Assembly: GCA_035577545.1 (NCBI GenBank)
Contig: DATLVI010000024.1
Span: 133,478-197,477, forward strand
DNA length: 64,000 bases
Direction: 5' to 3'
Source: Verrucomicrobiia bacterium
GTDB lineage: Bacteria; Verrucomicrobiota; Verrucomicrobiia; Palsa-1439
Part shown: positions 49,708-59,328 of the stretch, piece after piece
Position numbering within the stretch: position 1 is the first letter of the stretch
Layout of the letters: each line of letters opens with the position of its first letter
Program-made: the position numbers and the translations under genes
Notes under the pieces: model-generated
The model's input: the letters and a program-made list of their open reading frames with translations, nothing else
What the model was told of the DNA's origin: nothing
Database searches by the model: none

Positions 49708-50835
49708 ATGTCTGAATCGACAACGCAACTAATCCCCAACGTTATCGCCCTGACCGGCCTTTCCTCAGCCATCAAACCAGAGGCGCAAGCCGACCTTTGG
49801 ATCGTTTACCTGCCGAAAGGCGACCGCGCGGTTGACCAGAGCGCCGAGGATGGTACGCCGACGAAATTGCGCGTCAATCCGTCTGCGCTTTCGGCGAAGC
49901 GCATGGAAGCCGCGCGTCGGCTTGCCGCCGCGAAGCCAAACGCGAACCAGCCCTATACCGATTATAACCATGACGACAAGGAAGCCAGCGGTCGGCCGTT
50001 GAAGTTCGCGTGGCATGACGACCTCGGCGTGATCGGTCTCACGCGGCGCACGCTCCAGGCCATCGAACGCACCACGGGCGATCCGCCGGAGTTCCAGGCC
50101 TTTTCGCCGCACGTGCCTCTCGACCCCGAAACGGGCGAGGCTGTCGGTATCTATATGAACTGCGGCGGTTTCGTGAACCGCCCGCTCTTCGGCGATGCGA
50201 CTTCGCTTTCCGCCGCCGCGCATCTTCCGCAGGAATTGGTCGCCGCTGACCCGAACGAAGTCGAACTCATTAGCACCGACGTTGTAGCAGCGTCCGTCCC
50301 GGACGCTTCCACTCCCGCAACCGGGGAACGGGCGGGACGCCCGTTCTACGAACTCATTGCCAAACTCTGCGCGCACTTTCAACTCGACGCGTCCACCGTC
50401 ACCGAGCCCGAGTTGATTGCTGCCTTCGAGGAATCTGTTTCGTCCCAACCCGCTGAGCTAACCGCAAAGGCCGCGCTTCACAAACCGTCCGACGAAGAAA
50501 TCGGAATGGAGCTTGTCGGCTTTGCGGTTGGCTGCGGGATTCTCGCGCCAGCCGAGAGTGCCGAATGGGAACGCCGCCTCGCCAAAGATCGCGCGGGTTG
50601 GACGAAAGAATTGTTAGCGAAAGCGCCGAGCGTGTTGCTCGGCCGGGTCATTCAGGATCAATCCGCCGGTGAGGCTGCCGGCGGGACGAAACCGAAAGCG
50701 AAGTGGGAACAGCGCGTTGAGGAGCTGTGCGCGAAGGACCCACTCATCGCCCCGATCGCCGCCAAAGATCCTGTGCGCGCCAAATCGATTGCGCTCGAAC
50801 GAATCGCCAGGGAGGAGCCCGCGCTCCTCAAGTAG
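49708..50835 (+). CDS. putative prohead protease/scaffolding protein
   Basis: 375 aa, Ala/Glu-rich C-terminal half; position between the portal and the decoration/capsid genes. Confidence 0.4.
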   Translation: MSESTTQLIPNVIALTGLSSAIKPEAQADLWIVYLPKGDRAVDQSAEDGTPTKLRVNPSALSAKRMEAARRLAAAKPNANQPYTDYNHDDKEASGRPLKFAWHDDLGVIGLTRRTLQAIERTTGDPPEFQAFSPHVPLDPETGEAVGIYMNCGGFVNRPLFGDATSLSAAAHLPQELVAADPNEVELISTDVVAASVPDASTPATGERAGRPFYELIAKLCAHFQLDASTVTEPELIAAFEESVSSQPAELTAKAALHKPSDEEIGMELVGFAVGCGILAPAESAEWERRLAKDRAGWTKELLAKAPSVLLGRVIQDQSAGEAAGGTKPKAKWEQRVEELCAKDPLIAPIAAKDPVRAKSIALERIAREEPALLK

Positions 50836-50870
50836 GCAAAACCAAAAACCAAAAAAGAGGAGACACACAA

Positions 50871-51236
50871 ATGTGGAGCAGAACCGTTGAGACCGCCGTA
50901 AAGCTTGGCTTTGCGGTTAACCGAGGCAGCGCGGACGGCAAGGTCGTTCCCGCCGCCGATGGCACGAAGCCGACGTTCCCTGTTTTCAGTGAACGCCCCG
51001 ACGTGGGCACGATCATCGCCGCGGGCAGTACGGTCGCCATTGTCACCGATGACGGCGATCGCGAAATCTACGTCATCCTGGGCAACACGGTCACCGAATT
51101 CCAATTCGGCATGTCCGATTCGAATGGCGCATGGATCCCCGCGACGACTGGCAATTACACCGGCGTGCAATTCCTCCAAAGCGGCGTCGCCGGCGACGTC
51201 GTGAAGGCCCGCGCCGCGCAATTCAAACTCCCGTAA
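50871..51236 (+). CDS. putative head decoration protein (lambda gpD-like / DUF2190-like)
   Basis: 121 aa; strong SD AAGAGGAG; directly precedes the major capsid gene as gpD does; the track ORF starts at 50727. Confidence 0.4.
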   Translation: MWSRTVETAVKLGFAVNRGSADGKVVPAADGTKPTFPVFSERPDVGTIIAAGSTVAIVTDDGDREIYVILGNTVTEFQFGMSDSNGAWIPATTGNYTGVQFLQSGVAGDVVKARAAQFKLP

Positions 51237-51258
51237 CGCAACCCAAAGGAAAACGCAT

Positions 51259-52278
51259 ATGGCATCCGAACCGCAACTCCTGACACTCAATGCGCAGCTC
51301 ACGACGTTCGTCGCGGGCGTGCAACCACCCGATTTGCTCGGGCGCATCATCGCGCCGACGTCCCCGGCGCAGTTGATCTCCGATGTGAAATTCAACTGGT
51401 GGAAATTTGACCCCGCCGAGTATCTGCGCAAGCAGGACACGAAGGTCAACCGCCGCGGCACGATTCCCGTGACGGATTTCAGTTTCACCACCGACAGCGA
51501 TGTCCTCGCCGATCATGGCCAGCAGATCGTCAACCCGAATGACATCAGCCTGCTTAGCGAGGGCCAGCCGCCGCAAATCCTGCAAGCGCCGGTGAATGTC
51601 CGCATGGCAAAACTCAAGGCGTTGACCGAGACGTTTTGGTTCTCGCATGAGTTCGAGGCGCGTGATCTCGTCTTCACCGCCGCCAATTACGCAGCGGCCA
51701 ACACGCGCGTCGCCGCCACCACTGACATGCTCGACAATGCGGACAACGAGCCGATCAAAATTATTCAGACCCTGATCGACACGCCATTGATCCCGCCGAA
51801 CGCCCTCGTCATGGGCCTTGCCGTTTGGCGTCCGCTGCAACGTCATCCACAAATGGTCAGCGCGATCAAGGCCGTCCTCGGCAGCCGCGCCGCCGTCAGC
51901 GGCCAGGTCAACCAGGATGAAGTCGCGGCGTTCTTTGGGTTGAAACAGGTGCTCGTGGGCAAGCAGCGCACGAATAACGCGAACCCCGGCCAGACGGCCA
52001 GCTACAGCCGCATCTGGGGCAAGCACCTCGCCGCGATCCGCATCGAGGACGCGCCGCAGTCCACCGTCTCGCCGTACCCCGGCACCGCGCTCACGGCGTA
52101 CGGAAACATCATGAACGCCGGCCCGGTCTTCGTCGCCTCCCGCACGATCCAGCCCGGCGAGGAAAACGGCGGCCTCTACGGCGCCGTCGCCGACATCATC
52201 GGCCACACGCGCAAGGTCCTCATGGTCAATCAGGATTCTTGTTACCTGTTGCAGAACTGCGTGACCAACGACGTGTAA
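51259..52278 (+). CDS. phage major capsid protein (lambda gpE-like size and position)
   Basis: 339 aa; followed by a strong stem-loop; order D-like then E-like. Confidence 0.6.
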   Translation: MASEPQLLTLNAQLTTFVAGVQPPDLLGRIIAPTSPAQLISDVKFNWWKFDPAEYLRKQDTKVNRRGTIPVTDFSFTTDSDVLADHGQQIVNPNDISLLSEGQPPQILQAPVNVRMAKLKALTETFWFSHEFEARDLVFTAANYAAANTRVAATTDMLDNADNEPIKIIQTLIDTPLIPPNALVMGLAVWRPLQRHPQMVSAIKAVLGSRAAVSGQVNQDEVAAFFGLKQVLVGKQRTNNANPGQTASYSRIWGKHLAAIRIEDAPQSTVSPYPGTALTAYGNIMNAGPVFVASRTIQPGEENGGLYGAVADIIGHTRKVLMVNQDSCYLLQNCVTNDV

Positions 52279-52294
52279 ACCACCAAACCCGATT

Positions 52295-52318
52295 CCCTCT
52301 CCCCTTCGGGGGAGAGGG
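52295..52318 (+). terminator. stem-loop CCCTCTCCCC-TTCG-GGGGAGAGGG after the capsid gene
   Basis: perfect 10-bp stem; near-identical copy at 54847-54870. Confidence 0.5.
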
Positions 52319-52340
52319 TCAGGGTGAGAGGGAATAAAAC

Positions 52341-52817
52341 ATGACCACCATCAGCGCCTTCTTGATCGCCGCCGACGTGACGGACAATTTCAGTCCCGCG
52401 CAACTCATCGAATTGCTCGACGACCCCGTGAATCCCACCGGCGCGTTGAACACCACCCTCCGCGACAAAATCATCGCCCGCGTCAATGGCGAAGCCAGCA
52501 GCCTCACCTCGGGCAAACTCATCTTTCCACTGCAAGTCGACGACACCGACGCCGACAACATCAAGGCCACCCTCGCCGGCTTCGCGCTGGACATGTTCGA
52601 GTACTACGCGATGAAGGACAAACCGCACATCCTGCAAGCCTTCACCGGTGTGCAAGATGGCTACAACCGCGCCATCCGGTGGCTCGAAGCTGTCCGCGAT
52701 GGCAAAGCCACCATCGGCACCAGCAAAACCATCCCCGGCGCCGAAGCCCGCAACGCCGCCGTCGAGACCAGCCCCCACAAGGGCACGTTCGAACGCAGAC
52801 GAATGAGAGGTTGGTAG
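52341..52817 (+). CDS. putative head-tail connector/completion protein
   Basis: position after the capsid gene; 158 aa. Confidence 0.35.
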   Translation: MTTISAFLIAADVTDNFSPAQLIELLDDPVNPTGALNTTLRDKIIARVNGEASSLTSGKLIFPLQVDDTDADNIKATLAGFALDMFEYYAMKDKPHILQAFTGVQDGYNRAIRWLEAVRDGKATIGTSKTIPGAEARNAAVETSPHKGTFERRRMRGW

Positions 52818-52938
52818 CGCATGAGGCAAAATACAAAAACACCGTTCGTCTTTTCTGTCACCCTGAGCGAAAGCGAAGGGTCTCGCAAAACAAGCCTGCA
52901 CTTTCGCAATCACTGCGGAGTTAGGAAGTAGCCCTCAA

Positions 52939-53481
52939 ATGCCCTTCACCATCGAACAACGTGGTTTCGACGAACAAGGCCAGCGCCTTCATCTCATCAC
53001 CAACGGTCTCGACAACCTCGACCCGCTCTTGACCGTAATTGCCTCCGACCTCGCGCAAATGTGGCGCGACAACATCGACGCCGGTCCCAACGATCGCTGG
53101 CAAGGCGGCCCCTCGTATCGAGCGAAGACATTCGGCGGCACCACCTTACGCGACCGCGGCTTGATGCAATCTTCCATCGTTGGCCAGCAGACCGGCCCGT
53201 CTGAAATCAGTGTCGGCAGCCCGCTCACGGTCGGTAACGGGTGGAACCTCCTTGCCATCCACGAATTCGGCGCGGACGTGGTGGCAAAAAACAAGGAATG
53301 GCTCACGTTCCGTTACCCGATCGCTTCCGCCTCCGAACCCGGCTGGGCGCGCAAAAAAGAAATCCGCATCCCAAGCCGGCCCACCGCCCCATTCGATTGG
53401 GACCGCAACGAACTAACTCCAGAAGCCGACCAACTCGTTCACTCATGCATCAATGACCATCTTGCGGAGTTATGCCAATGA
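52939..53481 (+). CDS. putative virion morphogenesis / head-tail joining protein
   Basis: position; 180 aa. Confidence 0.3.
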   Translation: MPFTIEQRGFDEQGQRLHLITNGLDNLDPLLTVIASDLAQMWRDNIDAGPNDRWQGGPSYRAKTFGGTTLRDRGLMQSSIVGQQTGPSEISVGSPLTVGNGWNLLAIHEFGADVVAKNKEWLTFRYPIASASEPGWARKKEIRIPSRPTAPFDWDRNELTPEADQLVHSCINDHLAELCQ

Positions 53482-54011
53482 GCAATTATCTCATCGACAT
53501 CGAAGATGCCGTCATCACGAAAGTCAATTCCGCCAGGCGACCTGACGACAACACACGCAGTTTCTTCAATCGCGTGGACATCTTCCGCGGCGAAAAATCC
53601 GAAGTCTTTCTCGCAGTTGCCCGCGAGACCGCGCCGTCGGCTTGGCTGCGTCTCGACCGCATTCTTAACAAATCCGAAGAATTCAAGAGTGCGCGCGGCC
53701 TCGGCCAACCCGTCCTGCAAGGCACATCGCGCAACGAAATCGCCTGCGTCTGGTCACTGTTCCTCTGCGCCCGCTCGCTGCGCGCCACCAAGGAACTTTC
53801 CCACGGCGGTCCCGGCATCATCGGCGCGTACGACATGATCAACCTCGTTGTCGGCCCGTCCGGTTCGCCGCCGTCAACCGCCGGCCAACTGCGCGGCTGG
53901 CCGCCCATCGCGACCGCCGAACCTTTCATCTTTGTCGGCCTGGAACTGCTCGGCCAGACGACAACTGAGACCGTCTACGAAGCTCAGTTCCGAACCCGAG
54001 TGCAACTGTGA
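53472..54011 (+). CDS. putative tail completion protein
   Basis: position; overlaps the upstream gene. Confidence 0.3.
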   Translation: MPMSNYLIDIEDAVITKVNSARRPDDNTRSFFNRVDIFRGEKSEVFLAVARETAPSAWLRLDRILNKSEEFKSARGLGQPVLQGTSRNEIACVWSLFLCARSLRATKELSHGGPGIIGAYDMINLVVGPSGSPPSTAGQLRGWPPIATAEPFIFVGLELLGQTTTETVYEAQFRTRVQL

Positions 54012-54050
54012 ACGAAACCATTATCAAAAACCAAAACGGAGGAATGAGAA

Positions 54051-54836
54051 ATGAGTAACTTGGCCATCCGCAATCGGCTGACCGTCGGCAATGTCTGGCA
54101 GGGCGGCGCGGTCGCGCTTTTCGACCGCGATTATGCCGGCGTCCTGCTGGACCTCGGCAACGTCACCGATTCGAGCTTTAACCAGGAATTGGAGGCGACC
54201 GACTTCCGCACCGCGCGCGCCACGGGCACGCTCGTCACCGAAGCCCGTCCCATCAAACGCCTCGAACTGCCCATCACCATCAAATGCAACGCGCCCGACC
54301 CGAAAGCACTCGACCTCGTGCTCTTCGGCAACGGCCAGGCCGCTTTCAGTCAGTCCTCGGCGACCGCCTCCACCCAAAACATCACCGTCGCCGCGCTCGA
54401 CATGTGGCACAAGATCGCCGGCTTCGAAATCGCCAACGTCGTTGTAAAGAAAGCCAGCACCACCGCTGTGCTCGGTACCGATTACGATCTCGACACCGAA
54501 CTCGGTGCTGTCAAGCCGCTCACTGGCGGCATGTTTTCCGTCACCGACACCATGGCCCTGACTTTCGACCTGACCGCGATCACGAAGGTCGAGAACCGGC
54601 CGCAGACCCACATCGGCTTCGTTTACGGCGAATTCTACCTCTACATGGTCCTCCCGCCGAACGAAGGCCGCGCCGCCGAGCAAGTCTGGCTCCGCCACAT
54701 GGCCAAATCCCGTCTGGAACCGACTGGCAACTTCGACTTCAGTCCCGACAAACCGGCCGAACAATCATTCAAAATCACGCCCATACCGAGCGGCGACGCC
54801 ACGTACCCCTTCGGTTACCTGCGCCAAATCAAATAA
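54051..54836 (+). CDS. putative major tail (tube) protein
   Basis: 261 aa; SD GGAGGAA; followed by a strong stem-loop; immediately upstream of the chaperone/frameshift/TMP block. Confidence 0.5.
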   Translation: MSNLAIRNRLTVGNVWQGGAVALFDRDYAGVLLDLGNVTDSSFNQELEATDFRTARATGTLVTEARPIKRLELPITIKCNAPDPKALDLVLFGNGQAAFSQSSATASTQNITVAALDMWHKIAGFEIANVVVKKASTTAVLGTDYDLDTELGAVKPLTGGMFSVTDTMALTFDLTAITKVENRPQTHIGFVYGEFYLYMVLPPNEGRAAEQVWLRHMAKSRLEPTGNFDFSPDKPAEQSFKITPIPSGDATYPFGYLRQIK

Positions 54837-54846
54837 CGCATCCTGT

Positions 54847-54870
54847 CCCTCTCCCCTGCGGGGGAGAGGG
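54847..54870 (+). terminator. stem-loop CCCTCTCCCC-TGCG-GGGGAGAGGG after the tail gene
   Basis: copy of the 52295 hairpin; the ~45 bp repeat includes the downstream AGGGTGAGRGG. Confidence 0.5.
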
Positions 54871-54903
54871 TTAGGGTGAGGGGAACAAAGCCAATCCATA
54901 TAT

Positions 54904-55278
54904 ATGACCGACACCATCAAACCGACAATCCGCGAGCCGCTCGAAGTCATTTATGACGACGAACGCCGCGAGACCATCATCATCAAGCGCCTCTCCAACA
55001 CCGACATGATCAAGTGGGCCGACACCGGCCTCGACAAGGCCTTTCTTGTTTTCCGCTCCGTGGAATTCAGTAGCGCGGGCGTTTCGCCCGCGAATCAATT
55101 GTGGTTCGACACCCTCTCTCAAGACAGCGCCTTCGCCGTTGTCGAGAAGGCGCTCACGCTGAACCATTCCCCAATTCAAAAAAAAATAATGGAGGCCGTC
55201 CTGGCAAACCTGCGGTCGTGGTTGTCAGCGATGCCCTCGACTTCCTCCGCGCCCGCGGTCACGACACCGACAAACTGA
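54904..55278 (+). CDS. tail assembly chaperone (gpG-like, short form)
   Basis: 124 aa ORF ending just after an A9 slippery run; the overlapping -1 frame ORF 55101..55502 continues to just before the TMP gene. Confidence 0.55.
   Translation: MTDTIKPTIREPLEVIYDDERRETIIIKRLSNTDMIKWADTGLDKAFLVFRSVEFSSAGVSPANQLWFDTLSQDSAFAVVEKALTLNHSPIQKKIMEAVLANLRSWLSAMPSTSSAPAVTTPTN
55178..55186 (+). other. A9 slippery sequence; programmed -1 ribosomal frameshift site producing a G-T-like fusion (54904..55502)
   Basis: C-AAA-AAA-AAA-T; frame 1 reads QKKIM, -1 frame reads SKKNNGG and stays open 133 aa. Confidence 0.6.
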
Positions 55279-55520
55279 CCGACTATGAAATCGAAGAAAC
55301 TTTCACAGCCGCTTTCAAAAACTGGCAGCACGGTCTGGTCGAAGCCGCCTTTTACACGGGCCTGCCATGGATAACCAAACCGCGTGACTGGAAAAAATAC
55401 TGCGACGACCTCCACCGGGCAATCGAAGGAAATTCACAACGCGCTGTCGCCGAGAATCTGCTCGCCACCTTTCTCTCGCAGGGCGTTCCCATCGCGAATT
55501 GACGGCAAAGGATAATTAAT

Positions 55521-56591
55521 ATGGCTGCCAACAACATCGCTGAAATCATCCTGAAAGTGACGACCGAAGGTCAGGGCAATGCCCAGCTTTTGGCGGCCCA
55601 ATTGACGCAACTCGATCAGGCGACCAACAAGGTGATGACCACCACGCTGGCCGCCACCACCGCGCAGAAATCGTTCAACGCAGAAATCGGCAAGCCGCCG
55701 CCCGCGCCAGGCCTGGCCGTCGCGCAATTGCAACAGCCCAACTCGCAATTGGAAAGAATGCTGCAAAACTGGGGCAACCTGCAAAAACAGGTGGATGGTT
55801 TCACCACGCACACGCTCCGCGATTTCACCGCCACGTCCGCCCATGCATTGACTGAGTGGATCGAGGGCTCAGCAAACGCCAAGCAGGCCTTCGCCGGCTT
55901 CGTCACGTCCGTCCTCGAAGGCATCATTCAGATAATGCTCCAGCAGACGATTGCCCACGCACTCGGTCTGACGCAGGCACAGGTCTCCGCCCAAACGCAG
56001 ACCGTCGCGAATACGGAAATCGCCGCCAGCGCCGCCCCCGCTGCTGCGCTCACGGGCGCCGCCACGTTCGGGGCGAACTCCGTTGGCGTGGCGCTCGTCA
56101 TTGCCGCCGTGCTGGGCGGTGTCGGTGCATTGCTGGCCCTGACGCGCAAGGCTGAGGGCGGTCCTGTGTTTGGTGCGGGCAGCGAGACGAGCGATTCAAT
56201 TCCGGCGTGGTTGTCACACAACGAATACGTGCAACCCGCTTCCGCGCACAACTACTACGGCACCGACGTCATGGAAGCCATGCGCACACGTTCCATCCCG
56301 CGCGAAGCGATCCGCTCTTCAATGGAACACCGCACGTTTGCCTGTGGCGGCCCCGTCCTCCCCACCCGCGGTTTTGCCGAGGGTGGTATCGCCGTGCGCA
56401 TGGCCGGCGGCGGCATCGTTCCGAATGTCAGCGTCGGCGGCGCAACCGTATTGCTCGCCTTCGGCCCGGCCGAGATCGACCGCCTCATGGCCACCACCGA
56501 AATGCAAAAGCACCTGACCGATCATCTCGACCGCAACGCCCACCGCGTCGCCCGCAACATCAAACGCACGGGAGGCCATCGGCAGGAATGA
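55521..56591 (+). CDS. tail tape measure protein (short, 356 aa)
   Basis: Ala/Gln-rich helical N-terminal half, Gly-rich hydrophobic segment (TM-like); position after the frameshift chaperone. Confidence 0.55.
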   Translation: MAANNIAEIILKVTTEGQGNAQLLAAQLTQLDQATNKVMTTTLAATTAQKSFNAEIGKPPPAPGLAVAQLQQPNSQLERMLQNWGNLQKQVDGFTTHTLRDFTATSAHALTEWIEGSANAKQAFAGFVTSVLEGIIQIMLQQTIAHALGLTQAQVSAQTQTVANTEIAASAAPAAALTGAATFGANSVGVALVIAAVLGGVGALLALTRKAEGGPVFGAGSETSDSIPAWLSHNEYVQPASAHNYYGTDVMEAMRTRSIPREAIRSSMEHRTFACGGPVLPTRGFAEGGIAVRMAGGGIVPNVSVGGATVLLAFGPAEIDRLMATTEMQKHLTDHLDRNAHRVARNIKRTGGHRQE

Positions 56592-57844
56592 TCCCGAACC
56601 TCACCATATTGCCATTTAGGGCGAACTGGTATTCACGAATCACGTTGAAGTCCACTTTCGCCACAAATATCAAACGTGAATCCATTCCCGGCAGCATTAC
56701 GCGCGACAGCGCGCGCGACTACGGTCAGCGCTCCATCAAGTTCAGCATCCTTCCGTACGAGGATCAGCGTCGGAATTGGGACGCATTCCGCGAAGTAAAT
56801 CCGCCGGGCACAATCCTCGGCATCCCGCTCTGGTGTGAGGAAGGTATCTACCTGACCGCCGACTCCCCCATCGGCGCAACGACTCTATCGGTCTCCGCAG
56901 TGAACTTCATCGACTGGCGGAACGAAGCCGTGTTGTGGAAGTTCGACGACTCGGCTTGCGAAGGCATCCAAATCGCGAGTATTAGCGCTACCACAATCAC
57001 GCTTTCATCCGCCCTTCAATCCGCTTTCAAAGCCGGCGACCAGGTTTTGCCCATGATGCGCGGATACCAGATCGATGAGTACGCCGAGGAGCTTCAATCC
57101 TGCGAGACTTCGGTAATCGAACTTACTTTCGAGGAAGATCTCGCGCACGCGGCTGCCCCATCGATGCCGGGCACTCTCAATGCCGCGACCTACCTCGGCC
57201 TGCCCGTGCTGCCGCTCATCGCCGAATGGGGCGAAGCTCCCAAGGTGAATATTGGTCAGGGCACACACATCGTCTCGTCAGGGTTCAATCGGCAGGCGCT
57301 CGCCACCTTGCGGCAGTTCATTCGCCAGCGCATCTCGCATCGCATCGGTTGTAACGGACGCCAGGATCGCGCAACCCTCTGGCAGTTCTTCCACGACCGT
57401 TGTGGTCGCTGGCAACGATTCTGGCTGCCGGGTTTCAAGAACGAACTGCTGCTTTCCGCGGACGTGGGAGCGAGCGATACCACGTTGCAACTCAAAAACT
57501 TCTCCTCCTTCACTTCTCGTTTCAATTATGGCGGCCAGCTACGACGCGCGATCTTTATTACCAACGGGGATCGATGGTGGATCCGACAGGTGATCAATCT
57601 TTCCGGAGGCGCCAACCGCGTCAGCATTGATTCGGCCGTGGGCTCTTCGCTCTCCGCTTCTTCCACCCTCGTTGGTCTGCTCCCCCTTGTGCAATTCGCA
57701 ACCGATGACATCGAGATCGAATGCCAGTCTCCGCTGGTGTCCACCGCAACCCTCACATTCACCGAGCTCGAGCGTGAATACACGGATGTCATCACGGCCG
57801 GCATCGCAAGCGGCACAGTCGAGGGGATGGAGTTGACGTCATGA
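56588..57844 (+). CDS. distal tail protein (RcGTA g12 / DUF2460-like position)
   Basis: ATGA overlap with the TMP gene; 418 aa; the track ORF 56207.. has a spurious N-terminal extension. Confidence 0.45.
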   Translation: MIPNLTILPFRANWYSRITLKSTFATNIKRESIPGSITRDSARDYGQRSIKFSILPYEDQRRNWDAFREVNPPGTILGIPLWCEEGIYLTADSPIGATTLSVSAVNFIDWRNEAVLWKFDDSACEGIQIASISATTITLSSALQSAFKAGDQVLPMMRGYQIDEYAEELQSCETSVIELTFEEDLAHAAAPSMPGTLNAATYLGLPVLPLIAEWGEAPKVNIGQGTHIVSSGFNRQALATLRQFIRQRISHRIGCNGRQDRATLWQFFHDRCGRWQRFWLPGFKNELLLSADVGASDTTLQLKNFSSFTSRFNYGGQLRRAIFITNGDRWWIRQVINLSGGANRVSIDSAVGSSLSASSTLVGLLPLVQFATDDIEIECQSPLVSTATLTFTELEREYTDVITAGIASGTVEGMELTS

Positions 57845-59328
57845 GGGCCGTCCCCTCAGCTTGGAGCGCCCTGGAGACCGCGCGCGAGCGACGGGTCGCG
57901 TTGCTGTTCCACATCTTCGCGCGGCGCGATGGCCGCGTCTCCCTGCCGAATGGCTGGGGATCGTGGACCTACTCGGTCGGATTTCAAAGCAGCGTCAACT
58001 TCACCGACCTCGCGAACTACGCGAGTGATGGCATCCAGTCGCGCACCTACATTCCCGCGGCGATTGAATTCGACGCGAGCCAGGTCTTCCGCAAGGAAAG
58101 CACCGACCTTGATCCGCACAATCTCACGCTCACGGTCGATCCGCAGTTGGATCCGTTTGCCAATTACGTTGGTCGCCGGTGGCCACTCACCTTCGGCATC
58201 GTGATCTACAAGGTCCATCGCAACGGCAACGCCGTCGTCGCAGTGGACGATGGCCACGGCAACCAGGTGCCGGTCGTGGACGTGGCGTTCATCGGCTATC
58301 TCGACAGCGATGACACCTTCGACGCCAACAGCGCGGGCCTGGAGCAGACGATCGACGGCGGCAAGCTCAAGCTCGAAACAAAGTGGGACCACATCACGAA
58401 GAAGTTCATCCGCCCGGTGCCGCGTCCCGTTTTCAGCATCGATTGTCCCAAGGCGCTCTTCTCGACCGACACCGCCGCCGTTGCCTGCAATGCCGACAAG
58501 CCGAACGTCCGCATCGACGGTTTCGTGTTGCAGAACAACGGCGTGGTCATCAGCGCTACCGAATGGGCCGTACAACCCGATGGCTGGTTTGCCCAGGGGC
58601 TCGTCGAATTTACCGGGACAGATCCGGTCAGCGGACTGGACTTCAGTTTCTCGCTCGGCGTCATCGCCAGCGCCAGGCGCACCTCCCTCGGCGTGGATTA
58701 CGGCGACCTGACGTTGGAGATGTTCCCGCCGTTGCCGGTGACGGGGCTCATCGTCACGGCGTATGGTGGTTGCGACCGCGCCCGTTCAACTTGCGTTACC
58801 AAGCACATTCCCGCCGGTACCGTTCCGCCGGCGCCCGGCACGCCGACACCCGGCCACATCGACGTGGCGCTGCAGTTGTTCAATACACCGCCAACCAATG
58901 CCGGCACCGCGCGCGTGATCATCACACCAACGCAGTTGACCGTTCTCTACGGGCACACGAATTCCGCCCAGATCGGCAACTTCGCCGTCAACGGCGCGGA
59001 CTGGACCACCTATTCCTGGATCGCAAAAGGCTCCGGCTCGATCATCACCGATCCGCCATTCGACCTGGTCGGCGGCGCCGGCATCCCGGACGCCGCGGGC
59101 TACATATTCTCGCTTGCAAACAATGGCGCGGGCGCACCTTCGATCGCGCAGCAACCCACCGCCGCGAATGGTTTCACGTTGATCGTCAAAATAAGTGGCC
59201 AGGCAGCCTACGATTTCCGCGTGAGCTGGACCGCCGGCGATGGCCAGCCCGTCAACTTCGGCAACCTCGAAAACTTCGGCGGCACGGACATCCCCATCGA
59301 GCACCCGACATTGGAGACGACGCAATAA
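57841..59328 (+). CDS. tail hub/baseplate protein (RcGTA g13 / DUF2163-like position)
   Basis: 495 aa; overlaps the previous gene; followed by an NlpC/P60 gene as in g12-g13-g14 modules. Confidence 0.45.
   Translation: MRAVPSAWSALETARERRVALLFHIFARRDGRVSLPNGWGSWTYSVGFQSSVNFTDLANYASDGIQSRTYIPAAIEFDASQVFRKESTDLDPHNLTLTVDPQLDPFANYVGRRWPLTFGIVIYKVHRNGNAVVAVDDGHGNQVPVVDVAFIGYLDSDDTFDANSAGLEQTIDGGKLKLETKWDHITKKFIRPVPRPVFSIDCPKALFSTDTAAVACNADKPNVRIDGFVLQNNGVVISATEWAVQPDGWFAQGLVEFTGTDPVSGLDFSFSLGVIASARRTSLGVDYGDLTLEMFPPLPVTGLIVTAYGGCDRARSTCVTKHIPAGTVPPAPGTPTPGHIDVALQLFNTPPTNAGTARVIITPTQLTVLYGHTNSAQIGNFAVNGADWTTYSWIAKGSGSIITDPPFDLVGGAGIPDAAGYIFSLANNGAGAPSIAQQPTAANGFTLIVKISGQAAYDFRVSWTAGDGQPVNFGNLENFGGTDIPIEHPTLETTQ

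Noticed and set aside
49254-49715. Plus-strand ORF 49254..49715 between the portal and protease/scaffold genes
   Set aside because: Low-complexity product with no SD; less plausible than the minus-strand TM ORF in the same interval
50658-52206. Minus-strand ORFs 50658..51491 and 51223..52206
   Set aside because: Antisense to the decoration and major capsid genes; Asp/Gly/Arg low complexity
56207-56587. N-terminal extension of ORF 56207..57844
   Set aside because: Overlaps the tape measure gene in another frame; poly-Arg/His/Pro; the true start is ATG 56588, overlapping the TMP stop
58383-59327. N-terminal extension of ORF 58383..59921
   Set aside because: Overlaps the g13-like gene out of frame; Arg-rich; the NlpC/P60 gene starts at 59328
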